From: a virus
Lineage: Duplodnaviria > Heunggongvirae > Uroviricota > Caudoviricetes
IMG/VR virus record: IMGVR_UViG_3300010998_000001
Coordinates: 1-27,476 of that record
Reading direction: 5' to 3' (one strand)
Length of the DNA: 27,476 bases
Shown here: piece by piece, positions 1 through 7,639 of the stretch
How positions within the stretch are numbered: the stretch's first letter is position 1
How the letters are laid out: every line of letters begins with the position of its first letter
Program-made: the position numbers and the translations under genes
Notes under the pieces: generated by a model
Database searches by the model: none
Seen by the model: only the letters and a program-made list of their open reading frames with translations
What the model was told of the DNA's origin: nothing

Positions 1-60
1 GTCCACCTTCCTGGGCGCACCGTAACAGCCGGATTCAATATGCGGTAGGCGTAAGTTATA

Positions 61-273
61 ATGGAAAAGAGTTATCACATTACACTATTTCGTTTTAACA
101 TATATCATGTACTGATCGCTCTAGTTGTTATACTGGCCGCGTATTTGATTGGTAGACATCAAGAAACTCCAATATCAGAAGAGCAGAGACAGTTTATCAC
201 TCTTCCGACGCAAGAGATCATTCCAGAAGAGGACACCATACATATAGTAATTCCAGTAGATATGGGGACGTGA
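61..273 (+). CDS. Small hypothetical membrane protein
   Basis: 70 aa ORF with one hydrophobic stretch (VLIALVVILAAYLIG); its last codons overlap the 5' end of the tRNA. Confidence 0.5.
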   Translation: MEKSYHITLFRFNIYHVLIALVVILAAYLIGRHQETPISEEQRQFITLPTQEIIPEEDTIHIVIPVDMGT

Positions 274-340
274 CGCAATTGGCAGACGTGGTTGCCTCAA
301 AAGCAACATTCTATGGGTTCAAATCCCATCGTCCCCACCA
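264..340 (+). tRNA. tRNA-Leu(CAA) with short variable loop and encoded CCA
   Basis: Acceptor stem GGGGACG (264-270)/CGTCCCC (330-336), discriminator A, CCA 338-340. D loop AATTGGCAGA. Anticodon arm GTTGC-CTCAAAA-GCAAC. T arm ATGGG-TTCAAAT-CCCAT. Confidence 0.93.
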
Positions 341-361
341 AACAAGAAAACAAAATAATGC

Positions 362-390
362 TTGACAAAATGCTTTTAGTCTGTTATAAT
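362..390 (+). promoter_or_regulatory. Sigma-A/sigma70-type promoter
   Basis: TTGACA (362-367), 17-bp spacer, TGnTATAAT (-10 at 385-390), A-rich upstream element. Confidence 0.85.
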
Positions 391-464
391 AGGTGACGGT
401 TGAAGAAACCATTTATTTTGATTCAAAAGAAAAAACAAACTAAAGCATAAAGGAGAACTAAGCT

Positions 465-1229
465 ATGGCGCGAAATCATGTTCGCACAAATAATCCCTAC
501 GCAAAACAGTTCCTTAGTAAGTTTGAAAAACTTTGTTATGCGCGGAGCGGCTGGCAAGTCTGGATTGACTTTGTTTCTGCTACAGCCTGTGCATTGGCAA
601 ATTCTTTCGATAAAGAATCTCCGCATTACCAGGAGAGAGAAAAGGAATACGCGCAATGCGCTGAGAGATTGGGTGGAACAGAAAACGCGGCAGAGCTTTT
701 TTCATATGTAGTTAATGCTATGGAAGAGAATCCAGAACAGGATTTCCTTGGCGATCTGTATATGAATCTTGAGCTTAGTAATCATTGGAAGGGCCAGTTC
801 TTTACGCCGTATCATCTTTGTGAAGCTATGGCGCGAATGACGATTGGTGATGCGATTGAAGAAGTCGATTCACGCGGATGGGCCTCGGTTAATGATCCTG
901 CTTGTGGAGCTGGCGCTATTATGATTGCTGCGGCAAACCATATGAAAGCGGTAAATATTGACTATCAAAATCATGTTTTATTTGTAGGTCAAGACGTTGA
1001 TCGCGTGGCCGGATTGATGTGCTTCATTCAGCTTTCTCTTCTTGGTTGTGCCGGGTATGTAGTGATTGGCAATACGTTGACCGATCCTGTAGTTGGCAGA
1101 AGTGTTCTCTTTCCGAATGAGACGGAAGGCCAGGAGATTTGGTATCTGCCAATGTATTTCAACGATATTTGGGATGGCCGCAGGAGAGTAAATCTGATGG
1201 ATATGTTTTTGAGAGGATTAGGTAGTTAA
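465..1229 (+). CDS. N-6 DNA methylase (HsdM-like) family protein, apparently lacking the NPPY/F catalytic motif
   Basis: DFLGDLYM, GQFFTPYH, DPACGAG (SAM-binding), GQDVD and GNTL motifs; AAGGAG RBS upstream. Confidence 0.8.
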   Translation: MARNHVRTNNPYAKQFLSKFEKLCYARSGWQVWIDFVSATACALANSFDKESPHYQEREKEYAQCAERLGGTENAAELFSYVVNAMEENPEQDFLGDLYMNLELSNHWKGQFFTPYHLCEAMARMTIGDAIEEVDSRGWASVNDPACGAGAIMIAAANHMKAVNIDYQNHVLFVGQDVDRVAGLMCFIQLSLLGCAGYVVIGNTLTDPVVGRSVLFPNETEGQEIWYLPMYFNDIWDGRRRVNLMDMFLRGLGS

Positions 1230-1232
1230 TAC

Positions 1233-1427
1233 ATGAGAGACAATGACAAAATTCCGAAGTGGATTCCTTCAACAAAAGTCGATGACATTGTTTGCGAACC
1301 AGTGATACGTTATAAGATTCGATTGTTTGAACAAACACTGATTCCATGTGATGTGTGTGGTTATGCACATGAAGAATTTAATCAGCCATGTTGTTATTGT
1401 CCTGCACAGCCGATGGTGAGTGAATGA
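1233..1427 (+). CDS. Hypothetical Cys-rich protein
   Basis: CDVC and CCYC motifs; abuts neighbouring genes. Confidence 0.5.
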   Translation: MRDNDKIPKWIPSTKVDDIVCEPVIRYKIRLFEQTLIPCDVCGYAHEEFNQPCCYCPAQPMVSE

Positions 1428-1831
1428 ACGAGACAATTAATTTCGATCCAAATGTGGTGATTGATATGGGTTGGTTAAATGTATCTCATCGTAAGTGTGA
1501 TGTATGTGGCAAGGAAACGGATGTAGTAGCTTGCAGCTCTGCCTTTGGCGGCGAAACGTTTGCTTATTGTAACGAGTGTTGGAAAGCGGGAGCGGAGCCA
1601 TACGGCCACATGGTATCGTTTATTGCGGCGGCTGGGCATTTTCCAGAGGATATTAATTTGAACTATCAATATATGGTTCGCGCCATATTGAAATATCTGA
1701 ATATCAAAGAAGAGAAGTTTATTAAAGATGTAGAAAAATCCATCTCTATGCTTGACGAAGCATATGACGAATATTGTCAAGAAAATAAATCAGAGGAAGG
1801 AGATTCGGATGAAGAGAACTTGTTCGGATAG
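1424..1831 (+). CDS. Hypothetical protein with CxxC pairs
   Basis: 135 aa; CDVC and CNEC; ATGA overlap with the upstream ORF. Confidence 0.65.
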   Translation: MNETINFDPNVVIDMGWLNVSHRKCDVCGKETDVVACSSAFGGETFAYCNECWKAGAEPYGHMVSFIAAAGHFPEDINLNYQYMVRAILKYLNIKEEKFIKDVEKSISMLDEAYDEYCQENKSEEGDSDEENLFG

Positions 1832-2057
1832 CCGATTTGAAATATGGAATTCATCGTATGTGAATCTACCGAACACCAGGGAAGAACAAGATAAGTATGT
1901 TCATATTATTCAGATTGAAGCGGCTACAGACAAAGATACATATATCGTCGAGGTAGTTGATTGCCCTCTTCCTCCGGGAATGAGTAGTGTGGTAGCCGCT
2001 CCAATCATTCCATTTTTAAGTGCTGCGGCAACAAAGAGACTTAATGATACAGGATAA
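1809..2057 (+). CDS. Hypothetical protein
   Basis: Lies in the 1752..2057 ORF; ATG 1809 follows GAGGAAGGAG. Confidence 0.45.
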   Translation: MKRTCSDSRFEIWNSSYVNLPNTREEQDKYVHIIQIEAATDKDTYIVEVVDCPLPPGMSSVVAAPIIPFLSAAATKRLNDTG

Positions 2058-2240
2058 TAAAAATCTTCTACCTAGCGCCGGGGGAGTCGAGAACAGAAAT
2101 TCAAATATTGCGACAAAATTTCTTATTGTATAGATGCCAACTACTGGAAAGGCACTACTTTTGAACATTATTTGCAAAAGCATATCCGTCAGTTGGTTAT
2201 CGAATGCGAGGTAAACAGTGAAAGAAATTCAACGGAATAA
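2044..2240 (+). other. Stand-alone C5-methyltransferase target-recognition-like module 1, frameshifted at G5 (2080-2084)
   Basis: ATG 2044. Adding one G gives MIQDNKNLLPSAGGSREQKFKYCDKISYCIDANYWKGTTFEHYLQKHIRQLVIE...*. The SYCIDANYxKG...RQLV pattern resembles variable-region modules I recall from phage Dcm proteins; not database-verified. Confidence 0.65.
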
Positions 2241-2381
2241 AAAATCCGGGGGAGTTCTAAAAATCAAGTCATAATTGATGACACTTATGGCTTTGAAAAA
2301 TCGCCTAGAATATATGTCAATATAGTTCCAGCGTTGAGAAGCGCAAGGCAAGGATTGAAAGTTTTAATTGTTAAGGATTAA
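2218..2381 (+). other. Stand-alone C5-methyltransferase target-recognition-like module 2, frameshifted at G5 (2248-2252)
   Basis: GTG 2218 after a GAGGT RBS. Adding one G gives MKEIQRNKKSGGSSKNQVIIDDTYGFEKSPRIYVNIVPALRSARQGLKVLIVKD*. IDDTYGF...RIY...PALRS.R.GLKV resembles phage Dcm variable-region modules. Confidence 0.65.
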
Positions 2382-2386
2382 AGCAC

Positions 2387-2680
2387 ATGAATGAAGATAA
2401 TGAGACTGTCGTAAATATGATGCCGAATGGTAAGCCCGATTCTGGCGTAGCGAAAAAGAGATTTAATGACCGCAAAAAGAAACGGCGGCAGATCGAAAAC
2501 ACAAATTACTCTTGGAGCGCTGGCTGGTCTGTGGATGATCGTTATGTGCATCGGCGCAAAAATTCAAAATACCTTCAGTGGCTTAAACGCGAAGCCAATC
2601 GTAAAATTCGTAGGATGCCAGATGTATCAAATGGCGGAGAATACAAGAAAGCTTTTGATGTTTGGTGGTCTTACTGGTAA
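2387..2680 (+). CDS. Hypothetical basic protein
   Basis: 97 aa Lys/Arg-rich ORF in the gene train. Confidence 0.6.
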   Translation: MNEDNETVVNMMPNGKPDSGVAKKRFNDRKKKRRQIENTNYSWSAGWSVDDRYVHRRKNSKYLQWLKREANRKIRRMPDVSNGGEYKKAFDVWWSYW

Positions 2681-2705
2681 TAAAAAATGAAAAGGAATAG
2701 GTAAA

Positions 2706-3281
2706 ATGGATAATCAGATTGTAAGAGTTACATTCAAAAATGGAGAGGGATTTAAGGTCGAAGAGATTGATATGAGTGAAATTAAAACTGTTGATATGAT
2801 TACAGCAGACGCTAATTATTACGCTAAACTCAATGGCGAAGTAGTGTATGACGTAATGCCGAAGATTATTGATGTAGAGGTAATCAATGATTGCGTGGTA
2901 AATGTTTATTTTGCCGATGGCACAATGGAGAAGGCCGTCACTTGCGAGGGTGATACATTTGCCCTAGATGATGGCATTGCTATTTGCGTTGCTAAGAAGT
3001 TACTGTCTATGCGTACTGGTAATTACTCTACTGGAAGCTCTCTATTCAACAAGATTGTGCGCCATGGTGTTCGTTTTTATGAAACAAAGATGACAGAACT
3101 TGATAAGAAGGCCGAGGCAGAGGCGGCGCATACGGCAAAGATCGCAAAGCTTATGGCTAAGAAGAAGGCAAAGCGCGAGCGCCGTGAGGCCATGGAGCGT
3201 GAGCGTCAAATCGAGATTCAGAAGGAAGCGTATCTCCGCGCAATGCGAGAGTATAATGCTGGCGACGATGTTCACGGATGA
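2706..3281 (+). CDS. Hypothetical phage protein with coiled-coil C-terminus
   Basis: 191 aa; RBS upstream; charged helical tail. Confidence 0.7.
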   Translation: MDNQIVRVTFKNGEGFKVEEIDMSEIKTVDMITADANYYAKLNGEVVYDVMPKIIDVEVINDCVVNVYFADGTMEKAVTCEGDTFALDDGIAICVAKKLLSMRTGNYSTGSSLFNKIVRHGVRFYETKMTELDKKAEAEAAHTAKIAKLMAKKKAKRERREAMERERQIEIQKEAYLRAMREYNAGDDVHG

Positions 3282-3487
3282 CAAAATTACTTGTAGTAGC
3301 CATTCTGCTACTTGTCATCGGCGTGATTGTGGCCTTTATTGAAAGGCGCGAGAAAGAGGACTATGGATGCTCATTCCAATGTGATGAGTGTCCATTCCCT
3401 CCATGCAATGAAAAAGAGAAACAAAAAATTGAAGAGCAGATGGCAAAGTTAGAAGGTGATTTACATGGGAGTATGGGTAACAGGTGA
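3278..3487 (+). CDS. Small membrane-anchored Cys-rich protein
   Basis: N-terminal transmembrane segment followed by CSFQCDECPFPPC. Confidence 0.55.
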   Translation: MTKLLVVAILLLVIGVIVAFIERREKEDYGCSFQCDECPFPPCNEKEKQKIEEQMAKLEGDLHGSMGNR

Positions 3488-4229
3488 TACTCATGCGGAT
3501 TGGATGCCACGTTTTAATACAAAGAATTTTAAAGATCAGAAGGAAATGACGCGGGATGATTTTGTTATCATTTGCGGCGATTTTGGACTCTGGCACAATG
3601 ACGGAACAGAAAGAAATCATCTCAAGTGGCTGAATGACAAACCGTGGACTACAGTATGGGTAGACGGGAATCACGAGAATTACGATAGAATCTATAGTAA
3701 TGAGTTTCCTATCGTTGATTTCCATGGAGGCAAAGCGCATAAGATCAGGGACAATATCTATCATCTGATGCGCGGTTATGTGTTTGATTTCTGCGGTAAA
3801 AAGTTCTTTAGTTTTGGCGGCGCTAGTTCACATGATATTCAAGATGGTATTCTTGATCCGTGTGATTTTGAGGACAGCAAAGAATTTGCCAGGACATATG
3901 CCAAGATGTATGCAGAAGGTAAATTCTTTCGAGTGAATCATCTTTCCTGGTGGAAGGAAGAGCTGCCGAGCCAAGAGGAAATGGAACGTGGAAAGCATAT
4001 TCTCGCGCAGCATGATTATAAGGTTGACTATGTAATCACTCATTGTTTACCGCAGCAGATAGCCTCTATTGCTGGCTATCGTAATCCAGACACCGCCACG
4101 ATTTATTTCAATTCCCTGCTTGAAGATGGGATTGATTTTAAGGAGTGGTTTTGCGGCCACTATCATAGGAATGACCGCATAATGGGAAAGTATCAAATTC
4201 TGTATGAGCAGATTATAAGAATATGTTAA
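3456..4229 (+). CDS. Calcineurin-like metallophosphoesterase
   Basis: GDTH, GDFG, GNHE, TH and GHYH motifs; likely start ATG 3465. Confidence 0.9.
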   Translation: MIYMGVWVTGDTHADWMPRFNTKNFKDQKEMTRDDFVIICGDFGLWHNDGTERNHLKWLNDKPWTTVWVDGNHENYDRIYSNEFPIVDFHGGKAHKIRDNIYHLMRGYVFDFCGKKFFSFGGASSHDIQDGILDPCDFEDSKEFARTYAKMYAEGKFFRVNHLSWWKEELPSQEEMERGKHILAQHDYKVDYVITHCLPQQIASIAGYRNPDTATIYFNSLLEDGIDFKEWFCGHYHRNDRIMGKYQILYEQIIRIC

Positions 4230-4380
4230 AAGCGTTTTGTGTATTAGGAATTGTCTATTTGATTGGTGCCGGAATAGCTGGCTGTATAGGGGTACTTGCG
4301 CTAATTTTTTATGCCATTATCTTTATCATTGAACACTTTATTGAGTGGCAAGAAAATAGAGAACGGTTGAACGGGAAGAA

Positions 4381-4650
4381 ATGACTATGGCGGTTTTATA
4401 TATTTGGGGAGCAACAGCTTTGTTTTGGGCGTTGCTTTGCCGAGCAACATTTGAAATCAATAAACCAAGAATGATTGAAAATGGCTGGAAAGAAAAATCT
4501 CCAAAGATGAATTTTGTCGGTTCAGCATTGGGATGGATCGCGTTTGCGCTGTTTATGTTTATTCCTGGTTTCCGCGTTTGTGTTTGGTATTTATTGAGTG
4601 TTGCGTCGGAATACACACCAGAAGAATTTGAAAGGAAGTATAGAAGATGA
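4381..4650 (+). CDS. Hypothetical membrane protein
   Basis: Two hydrophobic segments. Confidence 0.55.
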   Translation: MTMAVLYIWGATALFWALLCRATFEINKPRMIENGWKEKSPKMNFVGSALGWIAFALFMFIPGFRVCVWYLLSVASEYTPEEFERKYRR

Positions 4651-4847
4651 ATAATAATAATACAACATCGTCCGGTATGGGATTACTTGGAGTTCTCGGA
4701 GTTGTCTTTGTGGTTCTCAAGTTGCTCCACGTAATTGAGTGGTCTTGGCTTTGGGTTCTCTGTCCGTTTTGGATTGGAACTGCAATACTTGTTGTTGTGC
4801 TAATTATTATCGCTCTAGTTTCTGCGATTGTGTCACACAGCAAGTGA
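4647..4847 (+). CDS. Small phage membrane protein
   Basis: LGVVFVVLKL..VIEWSWLWVLCPFWI pattern, common in phage membrane proteins. Confidence 0.7.
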   Translation: MNNNNTTSSGMGLLGVLGVVFVVLKLLHVIEWSWLWVLCPFWIGTAILVVVLIIIALVSAIVSHSK

Positions 4848-4859
4848 CAGGAGAGCTAT

Positions 4860-4964
4860 ATGTTTCTTAAAGGTTTATTGGTCGGCGTGTTTATTGGCGG
4901 GATTGTTGGCTTTTTCGTAGCCGCTTTGTGTGCTGCGTCTCGTCATAATGACGAAGGCTATTAA
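4860..4964 (+). CDS. Small membrane peptide (DUF3789-like)
   Basis: AGGAG RBS; MFLKGLLVGVFIGGIVGFFVAALCAASRHNDEGY*. Confidence 0.5.
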   Translation: MFLKGLLVGVFIGGIVGFFVAALCAASRHNDEGY

Positions 4965-5075
4965 GCAGTATTTTTACTGTTAAAATATTGGTTTTATTGA
5001 AAATTGACCGTGCGAAAACGCCCAATATATGGGGGTTATCGTTTTAACAAACTTTTGAAAATTGGGGGTGAGGCT

Positions 5076-5661
5076 ATGTCGGGCAGAATTTTGTACATTT
5101 CTGACCTGCATTAGTCATTTTGGACATAAAAATATACTCTCTTATGACAATCGCCCGTTCCTAAACGTGGAAGAGCATGATGAAGAGTTGATTCGCCGCT
5201 GGAATGAGGCGGTGGATTGTGATGATGACGTTTGGATTCTCGGAGATATTAGCTGGCATGGCGCTCAGAAAACCATAGAGATTTTCAATCGTTTAAATGG
5301 AGTGAAGCATCTTTGTGTTGGCAACCATGATGCAAAGTTGCTCCGCAATGAAGATGTACGAAAGCTGTTTGTAGAGATCGTTCCTTATAAGGAAATCCAG
5401 TTGAACGCTAATACAGGCATTGTGCTTTGTCATTATCCGATCCCGTGTTATAACAATCATTATTACGGCTGGTATCATTTGTACGGCCACGTTCATATTA
5501 GCTGGGAGTGGAACATGATGGAACACCTTCAGCGCGAGATGCGCGATCTCTACGGTAAGCAGAGTAATATGTACAATGTCGGTTGCATGATTCCATATAT
5601 GGATTACACACCAAAGACACTAGAACAAATTATTGAGGATAGTAAAGAGTATAGTAAATGA
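5076..5661 (+). pseudogene. Metallophosphoesterase interrupted by a 7-bp insertion in the DxH motif
   Basis: ATG 5076 after GGGGTGAGG gives MSGRILYISDLH*. Removing TAGTCAT (5112-5118) restores SDLHFGHKN, continuing to LGD, GNHD, CHYP and GHVH. Confidence 0.8.
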
Positions 5662-7349
5662 AGATGACGAAGAAGTGCATCTCCGCAGCCAACAAGATTG
5701 TTATGGCGGCAAAAAGTTATGACGCTATGTTGGCAGGAGAAATACCAGTAGATAATGGAGTTGTTCTTACTGATGGACTATCTCTAGTTTTTAGCCCTAT
5801 GTCTTTTGGATTATCAAGATGCCTTTCTGATAATTATGATTTGGTCGGGGGGAGATTAAAAACTACACTTATCAGTGCTTGCAATGTTGATAAGATATTA
5901 GTAAACACTCCATTTCAATTAAAAAAGGTTTCCAGCAAACTATATAACCTTTGTAAAGAACATCAAATTCAAAATAAATACGGACAGAAATTCTTAGATA
6001 TTGATGGTTCTGTTTTTGATACAAAACAACTTCTAAATATTTTTAGTGTTGTTGGCCGTAAAGCGTGTGGCTATCTAGGTGAAAATCCAGAATTATTTGG
6101 CGGCAATAAGTATTTAATTATTGAACCAGAAGATTGTAATTATGAGAATGATGTCTTTGGTATTTTGTTGCAATCAAGAAAATCCGGCTTGTTCCAAGAA
6201 ACCGTTCTTGGTAAAGTTGATAAAGTTCAAAAAGCGATTGAGCGTTTGAAAAACTTTGAACCACCCGAAGGCTATTATCTAGCGTTCTCTGGTGGTAAGG
6301 ATAGTCAATGTATTTATCATCTGGCGAAACTCGCAGGAGTAAAGTTTGATGCGCATTATTCTGTAACAACAGTTGATCCGCCAGAGTTAATGAGATTTAT
6401 TAAGCAAGAGTATCCTGATGTTGAATGGGAATATCATTATTATCCAGATGATCCAAAGTATAATCATCCGAGTGGCAAGCGTAGACAAATTACAATGTGG
6501 AATTTGATTGCAAACCATACAATTCCGCCAACGAGACAGGCAAGATATTGTTGCTCTGAGTTGAAGGAAACGGGTGGCGAAGGTAGACTTGTAGTTACTG
6601 GTGTTCGGTGGGCTGAAAGTGTAAGACGTAGAGATTTGCATGGCGTTGTTGATATGCGAACTACATCGAAGGTTTTGATTAACCAGGCCATGGAGAATAA
6701 TCCAGCGGCCACATTAAACAAACATGAGTCTTTGATCTTTATGGATGATAACGAAGAATCAAAACGAATGGTTGAATATTGTTATGTCCGTAAGCGTACT
6801 ACAGTCAATCCGATTATTGATTGGGAAGATGATGATGTTTGGGAATTTCTTAATGAGGTTGTCAAAGTCCAGCATTGTACATTGTATGATGAAGGATATA
6901 CAAGACTTGGATGTATTGGTTGCCCGTTGCAGGGTAGGGAGGGTATGTTAAAAGATTTTGAACGCTACCCTAGATACAAAGAATTATACATAAAAGCATT
7001 TGATAAGATGATTAAAAATCATCCTGGCGAAATAAAAGTGGCGACTGGTGAATTGGTAACTGACGATTCCTCCGGGGGGGGAGAAAAATTCTCAGAGAAT
7101 GGATTCGATGGAACGCCTGAATCCTCATCGTCCAAGCCCGGAGATCAACCGATGGATCAAGATGAAAACAGGCGTGGAAGCGTTTATGGAGTGGATCAAC
7201 CTATTCTAAGTTCTGTCGGGGGGGAGAGAATCATGCTCAGCGAATGGACAGGAGAGCAGATATTCCACCTCTGGCTATGGGCGCACAGAGCAGACAGAAC
7301 AGAGCAACCGCCATGCAAACTTGTCCCAAACGGGAGAAGAACAGCATGA
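5658..7349 (+). CDS. PAPS reductase (CysH/DndC-like, PP-loop) family protein with an N-terminal extension and a poly-G-switchable C-terminus
   Basis: AFSGGKDS, RYCCSELKE, TGVRWAES..R, NPIIDW and RLGCIGCP motifs from about aa 180; G tracts at 7074-7081 and 7218-7224. Confidence 0.88.
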   Translation: MKMTKKCISAANKIVMAAKSYDAMLAGEIPVDNGVVLTDGLSLVFSPMSFGLSRCLSDNYDLVGGRLKTTLISACNVDKILVNTPFQLKKVSSKLYNLCKEHQIQNKYGQKFLDIDGSVFDTKQLLNIFSVVGRKACGYLGENPELFGGNKYLIIEPEDCNYENDVFGILLQSRKSGLFQETVLGKVDKVQKAIERLKNFEPPEGYYLAFSGGKDSQCIYHLAKLAGVKFDAHYSVTTVDPPELMRFIKQEYPDVEWEYHYYPDDPKYNHPSGKRRQITMWNLIANHTIPPTRQARYCCSELKETGGEGRLVVTGVRWAESVRRRDLHGVVDMRTTSKVLINQAMENNPAATLNKHESLIFMDDNEESKRMVEYCYVRKRTTVNPIIDWEDDDVWEFLNEVVKVQHCTLYDEGYTRLGCIGCPLQGREGMLKDFERYPRYKELYIKAFDKMIKNHPGEIKVATGELVTDDSSGGGEKFSENGFDGTPESSSSKPGDQPMDQDENRRGSVYGVDQPILSSVGGERIMLSEWTGEQIFHLWLWAHRADRTEQPPCKLVPNGRRTA

Positions 7350-7636
7350 CGGACGAATGGTGGAAACTGACGGCGCAAGAGAATTTCGACCTTTGGATCA
7401 GCAAGTGTTAATAAACCATTCACTCTCCGGGGGGGGAGAGATGGTTCAACTGGTGGGTCAATTTCGGGAGCCGACATCCTTAACTGGTGGATGTGGATGC
7501 TCAGAGAGCCAGGAAGTCGAAAGGAGCCAAACCCGTTGCAGAGTAGGTGAGCAATATCTGATTTATTGGCTTTGGAGATGCCGTCAAAACCCGGCAGATG
7601 AAGAGCCAAAGCCAAAAATCATTATTTAATTGGTGA
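7074..7636 (+). repeat. Array of alternative C-terminal cassettes gated by G8 (7074-7081), G7 (7218-7224) and G8 (7429-7436)
   Basis: Seven complete copies and one degenerate copy of [G/A]xxx[F/L]xxW[hydrophobic], spread over all three + frames. Confidence 0.8.
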
Positions 7637-7639
7637 AAA

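Noticed and set aside
1-56. GC-rich stretch that might be the tail of a structured RNA
   Set aside because: Truncated by the window edge; no T loop, CCA or convincing stem seen.
5062-5075. ORF-track start at TTG 5062 (MGVRLCRAEF...)
   Set aside because: It lacks the DxH motif. ATG 5076 has an RBS and gives YISDLH in another frame.
7321-7629. 102-aa ORF as an independent gene
   Set aside because: The frame is open from tract 2 (7225) and has no clear RBS; better explained as one branch of the C-terminal cassette tree.
7074-7636. CRISPR array, DGR template/variable repeat, or shufflon
   Set aside because: There are no identical direct or inverted repeats and no adenine-specific mismatched pair, and no reverse transcriptase, Cas or recombinase gene in the window.
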